This document shows positions 46,305 through 55,952 of a DNA stretch of 64,000 nucleotides, piece after piece. The position numbers and the translations under genes were made by a program. Within the stretch, counting starts at the first letter, position 1. Each line of letters opens with the position of its first letter. The notes under the pieces were generated by a model. It worked only from the letters and a program-made list of their open reading frames with translations, made no database searches and was not told the DNA's origin. The stretch comes from an uncultured bacterium (GTDB lineage Bacteria > Actinomycetota > Thermoleophilia > Solirubrobacterales > 70-9), in contig CAWDYV010000002.1 of NCBI GenBank assembly GCA_963806865.1, positions 89,194 to 153,193 on the forward strand, read 5' to 3'.

Positions 46305-47877
46305 TCAGCGGCCGAGGGCGGCGGCCTTGCGGTTGCCCTCTTCGAGCGCCTTCTTCACCTTGTCCGGGTAGCGGAAGATCTGGTCGAGCGTCGCGTCCGG
46401 CACCTCGTAGCCGAGCGAGTCCAGGTAGCCCGAGCGTCTCGAGCGCCGACCATGTCGTGCGGCTTCGGGCGCTCCGCGCCCTGCGCCGAGCACGCGGCAC
46501 GTCTGCGCCTCGAGGAACTCGTACATCGGCAGCTCCGGGCGGCTCGATGTCGGTCTTCTTGAAGTTGAAGCTGCGCCCGATGTTCGACGCGAAGCGATGG
46601 CGCATGTTCAGGTGGCCGAAGCCGAACTTGTAGGAGATGAGCTTCAGGATCGACTCGTGGGTCACGGGCATGTGGCTGACCCCGCCGCCGCGGGTGAACG
46701 GGCGAGATCGCGACGCCCGGGATGCGGAAGCCGGTGAAGCCCCAGTCGTTGAACGAGGTCCGCGCGGTTCTCGCGGTCGTCGGGCACGAACGGCGGCGTC
46801 ACGTGGTCGAAGAAGCCGCCCCACTCGTCGTAGTTGATGAACATCGCCCCGCGCTCGTAGTGCGGCGACTCGATGAAGGCGTTGCGCGACGTCCGACATG
46901 AACGCCTGGCCGAGGCGGATGTCGCCGTGCGGGTGCTCGTCGGCCGACAGGCCGTCGCCGCCGCCGCCGTTCTTGAACGGCGGGTCGACGAAGCGATTTG
47001 CGGCAGGGTGCCGGCGAGCCGCGTCGGCGTAGAACTGCTCGATCGGGCGTGTCCATCGCGACGCCGCGCTGGCCGTAGAGCGCCGAGAACGGCAGGTCCG
47101 AGTTGTAGTAGCCGAACGAGACCCCGTTCGCCTCGGCGCGGTCGACGATCGTCTCCCAGGTAAAGCCCGTCTCCTGCCCCGGGACCTCGAACGGGAAGAG
47201 GTTCGACTTCTGGCCGCCGTTCTGAGCGCCCCACTGGTAGTGGCGGTTCGGATAGGTCGAGGCCATGATCGAGCAGAACCAGCGGTCATAGAGCGTGTAG
47301 CTCGTCCGCCGCGTGCGGGATGAACGGCACGTCCTCCTTCGAGGTAGTAGCCGATCGCGAACTCGTCGCTGACGATGCCAGGTCCTCGTTGCCGGTGACG
47401 AAGCGGTCGTTCTTGCCGCCGTTCCACTGCCAGCGCCCGCCGGTCCAGCCGTGGTCGGGATCGGGATGCTCGCAGCCCTGGAAGTCCGGGCGTGAGGCGG
47501 TAGGTCTCGATCTGGTTGCCCTCGGCGTCGGGATACGTGAGGCCCTCGGCCTTCGCGTCGGCATCCGGGTGCCAGCCGAAGTAGTGGTCGAACGAGCGGT
47601 TCTCCATCATCAGGACGACGAAGGTGTCGATCGGCAGTTCTGCGGGCTCGGCAGCTTGCGCTGGGCGGTGCGGCGCGCCGCCTCGGCGATCAGCTCGTCC
47701 GCAGGCAGGTAGCTCGCGAGCGCCAGCGCCGCCGGCCGCGGCAGCGGTCTTGGCGAGGAAGTCCCGGCGCCGAAGCGTGCCCTCCGGGTCTCGCGCCATC
47801 TCGCGCTCGAGAGTCTCGGGGTCGGAGAGCTCGCCCCGCTCGAAGAAGTCCGAATGGTCCGCCGGTCGTCGCATCAT
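46305..47877 (-). CDS. Tat-exported phosphoesterase-family protein (phospholipase C / acid phosphatase AcpA-like), frame-disrupted
   Basis: Tat-like RRRDFLAKTAAAAGGAGA; IDTFVVLMMENRSFDHYFGW; GNQIETYRL; FINYDEWGGFFDHVTPP; C-terminus LDSLGYEVPDATLDQIFRYPDKVKKALEEGNRKAAALGR-stop (ORF 46305..46526). Several frame changes. Confidence 0.75.
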
Positions 47878-48273
47878 CTGGTCCAGCACCTCCACGTTCT
47901 CGCAGTCGAAGACGCCGTCCTCGATCTGGTCGGCGAGCACCGTGTCCTCGCCGCGGCCCGCAGTCGATCTGGTCCGGCGTTGCCATCGCGGGCGTGGATC
48001 TCGTCGTCGCCCTTGCCGGCGCGGATCTCGTCGAACGCCTGTGCCGCTCTTGATGAAGTCGTCGCCCGCGCCGCCGATCGACGAGGTCACCGCCCTCGCC
48101 CGAGCGCAGGATGTCGTCGCCGCCCTTGCCGATCAGCTTGTCGCCGTTCTTCGAGCCGATCAGCTTGTCGTCGCCGCTGCGTGCCCTTGAGGACCTTGGC
48201 GAGCGCGGGAGCGGCGAGAACGAGCGCGCAGACGCACAGGAGCCCAACACCCCGCTCTGAGATCCGTCTTCAT
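47874..48273 (-). CDS. Secreted calcium-binding-repeat (GGxGxD-type) protein, frame-disrupted
   Basis: MKTDLRAG-VLGLLCVCALVLAAPALA (signal, after a frame shift); GDDKLIGSKNGDKLIGKGGDDILRSGEGGD; GGAGDDFIKSGTG; GRGEDTVLADQIEDGVFDCENVEV (typical C-terminus). As assembled, no stop precedes the phosphoesterase start in the same frame. Confidence 0.5.
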
Positions 48274-48335
48274 CACCACAGCTTGTACACCCTTGCGGCG
48301 GCCGCGATGTGGCAATTCGGTCAACGCTGCTCACG

Positions 48336-48680
48336 TCACGACCCTGACCGGTCGAGGCCCTCAACGTCGACCGAGACGACCGTGGCTCGCTCGCCCTCGG
48401 CGAGCGGCTCCGCGCCGTCGGCCGTCGCCTTCCACACCTCGCCGCGGACCCGCACGAGGCCGTCCGGGTCGCACGCCTCGATCACGGTCGCTCGCTCGCC
48501 GATCATCCCCTCGGCACCGCCGCGCACGCGGTAGCGCTCGAGGAAGCGGATCCACAGGAAGATCTCGCCGATCTCGAAGAACACGGCGAGGCCGAACAGG
48601 ATCACGTTCCAGGGGCTCGGCAGGATGAAGAGGCCGACGATCGAGGCCGTGAGGACCATGCGCGCCGAGTCTAGGCGCAC
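48336..48680 (-). CDS. NfeD-family membrane protein
   Basis: Intact 114-aa ORF. Two TM helices (IVGLFILPSPWNVILFGLAVFFEIGEIFLW) followed by an OB-fold tail GERATVIEACDPDGLVRVRGEVWKA...GERATVVSVDGL. Confidence 0.65.
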   Translation of the reverse strand: MRLDSARMVLTASIVGLFILPSPWNVILFGLAVFFEIGEIFLWIRFLERYRVRGGAEGMIGERATVIEACDPDGLVRVRGEVWKATADGAEPLAEGERATVVSVDVEGLDRSGS

Positions 48681-48706
48681 GCAGCGGGCGCTCTAGCCTC
48701 GGCGCG

Positions 48707-49595
48707 ATGCGGATCGCGCTCGCGACCTGCTCGGTCATGCCGGACCAGTTCACCGACGACCAGCTGGTCGATCGACGAGCTCCGCGCCCTGGGCGCCGAG
48801 GTCACCTACGAGCCGTGGGACACCGAGCATCGACTGGGCCGGCTTCGACGCCGTCGGCGTCCGCTCGCCGTGGGACTACAGCTACCGCCGCGACGAGTTC
48901 GTCGCCTGGGCCGAGGCGGCGGGCCCGAACCTCCACAACTCGGCGACACTCCTGCGCTGGAACTCCGACAAGTCCTACATGGGCGACCTCGAAGCGGCGG
49001 GCCTGCCGGTCGTCGAGACGACGTTTGTCGCCCCGGGCGAGGAATGGCAAGGCGACGAGCGCGAGGTGTCGTCAAGCCCTCGGTCTCGGCCGGGGCTCGC
49101 GACACGGGGCGCTTCACGCCGGCCGTTCACGACGAGGCGCGCGCGCTCGATCGAGACGATTCACGACAGCGGCCGGACCGCGATGGTCCAGCCCTTTCAG
49201 CCGTCGGTCGACGAGCATGGGCGAGACCGCGCTCGTCTTCATCGACGGCGAGTTCAGCCACTCGCTGCGCAAGCGCGCGGTGCTTCAGCCCGACGAGGTC
49301 GCGCCCGTCGCGCGACGACCGACCTGATGGTCGCCGAGGCGATGTACGACCCCGAGCTGGTCCTCGCAGGCACCTACGAGCCGGACGAGCTGCGAGCTCG
49401 CCGAGCGGATCGTCTCGCCACGTCACCGAGCGCTTCGGCTACCTGCCGCTCTACGCGCGGGTCGACATGCTGCGCGACGCCGATGGCGCGCCGGTCCTGC
49501 TCGAGCTCGAAGCGGTCGAGCCCAACCTCTACTTCGACCAGTTCCCGGACGGCGCGGGCCGGCTCGCGCGCGCGATCGCCGCCCGCGCGGGCTGA
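48707..49595 (+). CDS. ATP-grasp domain protein (RimK/glutathione-synthase-like), frame-disrupted
   Basis: MRIALATCSVMPDQFTDDQL; WAGFDAVGVRSPWDYSYRRDEFVAWAE; LLRWNSDKSYMGDLEAAGLPVVET; VVKPSVSAGARDTGRF; TAMVQPFQPSVDEHGETALVFIDGEFSH; FGYLPLYARVDMLRDADGAPVLLELEAVEPNLYF. Pieces lie in 3 frames. Confidence 0.6.
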
Positions 49596-50075
49596 TGGAG
49601 CTGCGCACATACACCGATGCCGGACGCGTCGTTCACCGAGCGGCTCGAGACGGATCCGATCGTCATGGCCGAGCTTGGCGGGGCGGTCACGCCCGACGCC
49701 ATCCCGGAGATCCACGCCCGGCGCCTTCGCACCGTCGAGGGCGGCGACTGGTGGTTCGTGATCGAGTCAGCGGGCGAGCCGGTCGGCGTAATCGGGGTCT
49801 GGCCGCACGAGATCGACGACCGCGCAGAGCACGAGGTCGGATGGATGGTCGTTCCCGAGCGCCAGGGCGAAGGAATCGCGACGGAGGCGCTGGCAACGAT
49901 GCTCAACCGCGCCCGGGCAGACGCGCGCTTCCCCGTGATCCACGCTTATCCCGGCGCTTCGAACAGCCGCGTCGAACGCGCTTTGCGCCCGGGCCGGGTT
50001 CGAGCTGCAAGGCTCTGAGGAGGTCACCTACAAGAACGAGCCGTTCCTCTGCAACCACTGGACGCTCAGGCTCTG
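49595..50075 (+). CDS. GNAT family N-acetyltransferase, frame-disrupted
   Basis: MELRTYTD..ASFTERLETDPIVMAELGG; WWFVIESAGEPVGVIGVWPHEIDDRAEHEVGWMVVPERQGEGIATEALATMLNRA; NALCARAGFELQGSEEVTYKNEPFLCNHWTLRL-stop. The start overlaps the upstream stop (TGATG). Confidence 0.65.
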
Positions 50076-50136
50076 ACGAGGTCAAACGTCCGACGTGGCC
50101 CTCTATGCGAGGCCAATTGGGACGTTTGCATCGCCG
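50076..50136. repeat. Palindromic element, copy C (same subfamily as B, opposite orientation), between convergent GNAT and ABC ATPase genes
   Basis: gacgaggtcaaacgtccgacgtggccctctatgcgaggccaattgggacgtttgcatcgcc. The stretch CCCTCTAT(G/A)CGAGGCCAATTGGGACGTTT is nearly identical to the reverse complement of copy B. Confidence 0.8.
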
Positions 50137-50137
50137 G

Positions 50138-51214
50138 TTAGCGCAGGACGATCGAGTTCTCCGGGTGCCAGCCCACCCGGATCGTCATCCCCGGCTCCCA
50201 GCGGTCGTCGGCCGAGGCGCGGTAGGTCGCCTGCTCGAGCGCGACGAGCCGAGCGCCGTTGCCGAGGCCGACGGTGATCTGCGTCGAGACGCCGAGGTAG
50301 ACGCGGCCCTCGATCGTCCCCTCGACGCTCACCATGCCGTCCTCGACCTCATCGTCGATCGCGATCTTCTCGGGCCGGACCGAGATCTGCACCGTGTCGC
50401 CCGGCGCCGCAATCCGGCGGGAACCGGCGCCGCGAACGCTCTGCCCGGTTGCGATCTTGACCGCGCCGTCGCCCGTCGACCCGCCCTCGATCAGGTTCGA
50501 GATGCCGATGAAGCCCGCGACGAACTCTCCGGTGGGGTGCTCGTAGATGTCCTCCGGCGGGCCGCACTGGGCGATCCGCCCGCCCGACATGACCGCGATC
50601 CGGTCGGACATCGAAAGCGCCTCCTCCTGGTCGTGGGTCACGTAGACGAACGTGATCCCGACCTCGCGCTGGATCTGCTTCAGCTCGACCTGCATCTGGC
50701 GGCGGAGCTTCAGGTCGAGCGCGCCGAGCGGCTCGTCCAGGAGCAAGCACCGCCGGGCGGTTGACGAGCGCGCGCGCGAGGGCAACGCGCTGGCGCTGGC
50801 CGCCCGAGAGCTTGTTCGGCCGGTCGTGCGCCCGGTCGGCCAGGCCCGACCAGCTCGAGCGCGTCGGCGACGCGCTGCGTCGATCTCGTCCTTCGGGCGC
50901 TTCTTTCGCTTGAGGCCGAAGGCGACGTTGCCGGCGACGTCGAGGTGGCCGAAGAGCGCGTAGCTCTGGAAGACCATGTTCACGTTTCGCTCGTACGGCG
51001 GCACGTCCTCGACCGGCTCGCCCTCGAGCAGGATGCGGCCCTCGGTCGGGCACCTCGAAGCCGGCGAGCATCCGCAGCGTCGTCGTCTTGCCGCAGCCCG
51101 AGGGCCCGAGCAGGCTGAAGAACTCGCCCTTCGGGATCGAGAGGTCGATGTTGTCGACGGCGGTGAAGTCGCCGAAGCGCTTCGAGACCCCTCGATCGTG
51201 ATCGCGTCGACCAC
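50138..51214 (-). CDS. ABC transporter ATP-binding protein (PotA-like, polyamine/opine type), frame-disrupted at the N-terminus
   Basis: [22 protein letters not shown] (Walker A, other frame); [15 protein letters not shown]; [15 protein letters not shown] (other frame); [11 protein letters not shown]; [20 protein letters not shown]; C-terminal TOBE-like domain. Confidence 0.85.
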   Translation of the reverse strand: MVDAITIEGSRSASATSPPSTTSTSRSRRASSSACSGPRAAARRRRCGCSPASRCPTEGRILLEGEPVEDVPPYERNVNMVFQSYALFGHLDVAGNVAFGLKRKKRPKDEIDAARRRRARAGRAWPTGRTTGRTSSRAASASALPSRARSSTARRCLLLDEPLGALDLKLRRQMQVELKQIQREVGITFVYVTHDQEEALSMSDRIAVMSGGRIAQCGPPEDIYEHPTGEFVAGFIGISNLIEGGSTGDGAVKIATGQSVRGAGSRRIAAPGDTVQISVRPEKIAIDDEVEDGMVSVEGTIEGRVYLGVSTQITVGLGNGARLVALEQATYRASADDRWEPGMTIRVGWHPENSIVLR

Positions 51215-51215
51215 T

Positions 51216-52039
51216 CTATCCTCCCTCCTGTCCGGTCAGCACCTTGAGGCCGCTCTCCTTGCGCCCGAAGAACCGCGGGATCAGGACCGCGGCGATGACG
51301 GCCGTGATCGAGACGACCATCATCAGCGTCCCGATCGCGTTGATCGTCGGCGAGACGCCGAAGCGGATCGCCGACCAGATGCGCACGGGCAGCGGCTGGA
51401 CGTCCTCGCCCGTGGTGAAGAACGAGATCACGAAGTCGTCGAACGAGAGCGCGAAGACGAGGAGGCCCGGCCGCGACGACGGCCGGCCACAGCTCGGGCA
51501 ACGAGCACCAGGCGGACGGCGCCGAAGCGGGTCGCGCCCAGGTCCATCGCTGCCTGCTCGACCTCGTCGCCCATCGAGGCAAGGCGCCCGCGCACCACGA
51601 TCGTCACGTAGGAGATCGAGAACGTGATGTGCGCGATCACGATCGTCCAGAACGAGAGCTGGATGCCCAGCTGGCTGAAGATGATGAGCGCCGAGATGCC
51701 CGCGACGATCTCGGGCGTGACGAGCGGGATCAGCATCAGGACGTTCGCCGCCGGGCTCCAGCGCGTGCGGGCGCGAACGAGGCCGATCGCGAGCGCCGTG
51801 CCCAGGAGCGTCGCGACGATCATCGTGATCAGCGCGATCTCGAGCGAGACGAAGAGCGACTCGCGAAGCGGTCGAGTCGTTCAAGAACTCCTCGTACCAC
51901 TGGAGCGAGAAGCCCTGGAACGACTGGAGCGACTTGACCGAGTTGAACGAGAAGAGGACGACGACCGCGATCGGCAGGAAGAGGAACGCGTAGACGAAGA
52001 ACGAGTAGACGCGCAGGAACCGGGGCGGTCGAAGGCCAT
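51216..52039 (-). CDS. ABC transporter permease (PotC-like), frame-disrupted
   Basis: FLRVYSFFVYAFLFLPIAVVVLFSFNS; TLLGTALAIGLVRARTRWSPAANVLMLIPLVTPEIVAGISALIIFSQLG; EQAAMDLGA (EAA loop); FVISFFTTGEDVQPLPVRIWSAIRFGVSPTINAIGTLMMVVS. Confidence 0.8.
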
Positions 52040-52044
52040 CGGCC

Positions 52045-52910
52045 TCAGGCGCCCACCGGGTCGCGGGCCTCGCGGGCGGCCGAGCGCAGGTAGCCCACCA
52101 TCCAGAACGACGAGGAAGATCATCATCACCACGGTCAGCGCCGAGCCGAACGGCCAGTTGTTCGCGGTGAAGAACTGGTCCTGGATCAGGTTGCCGACCA
52201 TGTAGGTGTCGGGCCCGCCCAGGAGCTGGGCCGAGACGAAGTCGCCGACCGCGGGCAGGAAGACCAGGACGCAGCCGGCCAGGATCCCCTGCTTCGTCTG
52301 CGGCAGGGTGACGTGGATGAAGGTCTGGAACGGCCGGCCGAAGAGGTCCTTGCCCGCCTCGATCAGCGACGGGTCCATGCGCTCGAGCGAGGCGTAGATC
52401 GGCAGGATCATGAAGACGAGGTAGCCGTAGACGAGGCCGCCGATCACCGCGTAGGGCGTGTTGATGAGCTGGAGGCCCGTCTCCGAGATGCTGAGCGAGC
52501 CGAGCGCCGAGTTGACGAGTCCCTCGTCGGCGAGGAGCGCCACCCACGCGTAGGTGCGGACGAGGTAGTTGACGAAGAACGGGATCACCAGAAGCGCGAT
52601 CAGGATGTGCTTCTTCGAGCCTCCGTAGCGGGCGATGTAGTAGGCGATCGGATAGCCCAGGAGCGAGGCAGAGCGCGACGGTCGCGAGCGCGAAGCCGAC
52701 CGAGCGCAGGAGCACCGGGATGTAGAGCGGGTCGAAGGCGTCCGCGTAGTTGTCGAGCTCGAACGCGTACACGGCGCGGCCGAGGTCGTCGGTGAAGCCG
52801 AACGAGAGCGCCAGGACGAGCGTGAGCGGGATCGCGAAGAGGAGGAGGAGCCAGAGGCCGCCGGGCAGCGAGGAAGCGCGACCAGAAACCCGCGCGTCGC
52901 GCGCGGTCAC
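52045..52910 (-). CDS. ABC transporter permease (PotB-like), frame-disrupted
   Basis: LPGGLWLLLLFAIPLTLVLALSFG; IPFFVNYLVRTYAWVALLADEGLVN; ILPIYASLERMDPSLIEAGKDLFG (EAA loop); LAGCVLVFLPAVGDFVSAQLLGGPDTYMVGNLI. The GTG start overlaps the upstream stop (GTGA). Confidence 0.8.
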
Positions 52911-54036
52911 GTCGCCTTCACCTCGGTCCAGATCTGGCTCCAGAGCGCGCGGTCGTCGGCATCGTCCAGCCGGTACTCGAGGCCGCTGTCGCCGAGCTGA
53001 TTCAGGTCGACGTCGATCGACGGCTCCTCCTTGACGAGCTCGGCGAACGCCTCGCGCGCCGCCCTCGTGCGGCTGGGGATAGCCGTTCCACATGCACGTT
53101 CTGCGCAGCGTTCTCCGGCTCGAGGATCCAGTCGATGAAGAGCATCGCCGTGCCCGGGCTCCGCGCACGTGACGGGGATGCACATCAGGTCGGTGCCGAC
53201 CGGGACACCCTCCTCGCAGGTCTCGTAGCTGAAGACCTCGGGGTTGTCCACCTGGTTTCTGACGTTCACGATGTCGCCGTTCCACGCCTGGTGGATCGCC
53301 GCGGTGCCGTTCACCAGGTTCTGCGTCGAGTTGGTCGAGATGCCCGCGCGCGAACTCCTTTTGCTCCAGCAGCGTCTCCTTCGAGATCTCGAGCTCGTTC
53401 GGGTCGGCCGTGTTGAGGTCCCAGCCGTTGATCAGGTTCGCCTCGCCGATCGCCTCCTGGTAGTCGTCGAGGATGAACATGCGCCCCTCGCCGTCGGGGT
53501 TCGTGAGGTCGTTCCACGAGCCGGTCATGCCCGAGACCTCGTCGTCGCGCCAGCAGATGCCGGTCGTGTAGTACGCGTAGGGCACCGAGAACTCGGAGTT
53601 CGGGTCCCACCAGCCCGAGTCGTAGAACGGACGAGATGCCGTCGGCGTTCTTGAGATCGGAGCGGTCGAAGTGCGCGAGGAGGCCCTCCGCGTTCAGGCG
53701 GTACGCGTACTCGGGCGTCGGCCAGATCATGTCGTACTGGCCGCCCGCCCGGAGCTTGGTGACCATCGCCTCGAGGTTGTCGAAGTTCACCTCGTTGACC
53801 TCGACGCCGTACTCCTCCGCGAAGCCCTTCTTGAGCTCGGGGTCCATGTACTGCGCCCAGTTGTAGATCAGGAGGTCGCCGTCCACCTCGGGCTTGACCG
53901 AGACGCCGCCCTCGGGCGTGTCGAGCTCGACGCGAGACCGTGCAGCCCGAGAGGCCGTAGGCGCCGAGCGCGCCGACCGCTGCCGCCCGCAGCGCCTGCC
54001 GCCGGGTGAATGGTGCGCCGAGATCGATGATGGTCA
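52907..54036 (-). CDS. Extracellular solute-binding lipoprotein (PotD/PotF-like), frame-disrupted
   Basis: Tat/lipobox-like FTRRQALRAAAVGALGAYGLSGC; DLLIYNWAQYMDPELKKGFAEEYGVEVNEVNFDNLEAMVTKLRAGGQYDMIWPTPEYAYRLNAEGLL; PYAYYTTGICWRDD; ILDDYQEAIGEANLINGWD; ...LWSQIWTEVKAT-stop. Confidence 0.75.
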
Positions 54037-54083
54037 CTCGGCGATTCACGCTACTCCGACGCCCTCTGAGCCCGCAATTGAGC

Positions 54084-54705
54084 GTCACGCCAAGGCCTCC
54101 GGCTTGACTCCCGAGAGCGGCGCGAGCGTGCCGGGCGACGAGCGACCGCGGCGCCGCCTCGACGTCCATCGCCGGGTCGGCGACCATCGCGCGGATGCCC
54201 GCGCCGTCGAGCAGCGCCATCGCGACGTCGGCGATCTCCTCGGCGTCGCCGCTCAGCGTGAACTCGCCGCTCTCGACGCCGGCGCGGATCATCGCCGCGA
54301 GCCACCTGCGGTAGCGCTCATAGAGCGCGGCCGCGACCGCGCCGCAGGCCCGGCTCGCGCACGGCGCGGAGCCAGAGCTCGACCCACAGGACCCACTCGC
54401 GCTCGGACTCGCCGGGGAACGGCAGGCACTCGCGGATCGCGAGGCCGAAGGTCTCGGTCGCCGACGCCGGGCCGCGAGTCGGACTCGTCGCCGAAGCGGT
54501 CGTCGCCCGCGCGCTCGAACGAGTGGACGAGCGCCTGCTCGAGGAGCTCTTCGCGGGTCGAGAAGTAGTGGTGGACGAGGCCGCTCGACGCCCGGGCTCG
54601 CGTCGCGACGCGCGCGATCCGGACCTCGTCGATCCCCTCCTCGGCGATGATCTCGCAGGCTGCGTCGAGGATCCGGTCGGCGGTTTCTGTGGCCACGGCG
54701 GACAC
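54084..54705 (-). CDS. TetR/AcrR-family transcriptional regulator, frame-disrupted; 3' end uncertain
   Basis: ADRILDAACEIIAEEGIDEVRIARVATRARASSGLVHHYFSTREELLEQALVHSF (HTH). Later blocks LAIRECLPFPGESEREWVLWVELWLRAVREPGLR and AMIRAGVESGEFTLSGDAEEIADVAMALLDGAGI lie in other frames. Confidence 0.7.
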
Positions 54706-54714
54706 GCTCTCACC

Positions 54715-55919
54715 TCAGCTCGCGCTCGAAGCGCCTCCATGTAGCGCTCGGCAACCATCGCGTCGAAGGCGTGGACGTCGCCCTCGTCGGCCGAGTAGCG
54801 CCCGGCGACGTAGCCGCGCGCCCGAACGCCCTTCTGCGTCAGCTCGCAGACGCGCCAGTCCTCGCGGTTCACCTGGTCCCAGAAGTCGATCGCGTCGGAG
54901 GGGTCGAAGCCGTCGACCTCGATCGTCTCGGGCTCGAAGTACCACTCGCAGATCACGTCGGTGCGGTCGACCGCGCGCGGCCACAGGGTGTGGAGCATCA
55001 CGTAGTCGGGGTGGAGCGAGATGAGCGCGTTCGGGAAAGAGCGCGAAGTAGTAGACGGACGCGTGCTCGGCCGGGTCGAGCCCGGTGATCGGCGGGCGCT
55101 GCGCGTGGCCGTTCCGGCCCATCGTCTCGGCGCCCTCGTTCAGCGCCATCGAGCCGCCGCACCAGGCGCCCGGCCCGGACTGCGAGTTGCCGCTCCGGTA
55201 GTCGGAGAGCGCGTTCAGCTCCGGGTGGACGCCGGGGCAGTGGAGGCACTCGTTGTAGTTCTCGGCGATCGCCTTCCAGTTCGCCTCGACCTCGTACGTC
55301 GCGCGAGCCGGCGCGCCGCAGGTCCGAGAGCCGCCAGCCGGCGAGGCGCGTCGCCGAGGTCGCCGACGTGCTCGACCGGGATCGGGCGCCTCGCCGCTCA
55401 GATCGCCGAAGAGGAGGCCCGAGACGACGGCGCTTCTGACCTCGATCAGGCCAAAGCACGAGCGGTCGAAGTCCTCGACCGCGTCCATGTGCGGCGCGGC
55501 GGCGAGGCTGCCGTCGAGCCCGTACGACCAGGCGTGGTACGGGCACTGGATGCGGCGGCGGACCTGGCCCTCGGCCTCCTCGACCAGGCGCGAGCCGCGG
55601 TGGCGGCAGGTGTTGAGGAAGACGCGCGGCGACGCCGTCCTCGCCGGCGAGCGCGAAGACGCTGGTCTCGCCGATCTCGCGCATCAGGTAGCGCCCGGCT
55701 CGGCGACCAGCGGAGGCGTGGCCCAGGCAGACCCAGCCGCCGTAGAGATGCTCCGATCTCCCAGGCGAGGACGGCGGGATCGCAGAACGCGGCGGGCGGG
55801 AGCATCGTCGCCCGCGCGACGGGCTTCAGCGTCAGCGCGACCTCGCGCGGATCAAGCGGCAGCGGGCCGTCAGGACGAAACGTCCGACACCCCCTATAGG
55901 GGTGCTGGACGTTGGCCAC
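54715..55919 (-). CDS. Rieske [2Fe-2S] aromatic-ring-hydroxylating-type oxygenase alpha subunit (GbcA/Stc2-like), frame-disrupted
   Basis: LPPAAFCDPAVLAWE; Rieske motif NTCRHRGSRL...CPYHAWSYGLDG; catalytic domain NWKAIAENYNECLHCPGVHPEL...; ALISLHPDYVMLHTLWP...WDQVNREDWRVCE. Both ends are uncertain. Element D covers the first 15 codons if ATG 55919 is used. Confidence 0.8.
55874..55917. repeat. Palindromic element, copy D (CCCCTATAGGGG-core subfamily), in the Rieske / acyl-CoA dehydrogenase divergent region
   Basis: gacgaaacgtccgacaccccctataggggtgctggacgttggcc. Arms AACGTCCGAC / GCTGGACGTT around CACCCCCTATAGGGGTG. Confidence 0.8.
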
Positions 55920-55924
55920 GGTGG

Positions 55925-55944
55925 TGTTGATCTTGTAGTCAATT
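55925..55944. promoter_or_regulatory. Putative operator, site 1: GTTGATCTTGTAGTCAATTG
   Basis: AT-rich 20-mer in the divergent Rieske / ACAD intergenic region. It matches 18 of 20 positions of the site at 60702..60721. Confidence 0.5.
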
Positions 55945-55952
55945 GCGCAATC

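Noticed and set aside
46244-50136. Elements B and C as inverted terminal repeats of a 3.8-kb composite mobile module (phosphoesterase, NfeD, ATP-grasp, GNAT)
   Set aside because: There is no transposase or recombinase inside. Each element follows the CGC-TAA stop of a gene outside the segment that reads toward it (SDR on the plus strand, PotA-like on the minus strand), 2-3 nt downstream and in the same orientation relative to that gene. Each fills a convergent gene gap. The inverted arrangement is therefore explained by a terminator-like role at two convergent junctions. I saw no target-site duplication.
51216-53585. 789-aa single ORF (also 30023..31642, 5998..7173 and 31666..32763) that looks like one large gene
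   Set aside because: Only short stretches are protein-like. The rest is out-of-frame or antisense read-through across several real genes (pot permeases and binding protein; argD and gene X; argG; argB). The true genes are recovered by switching frames.
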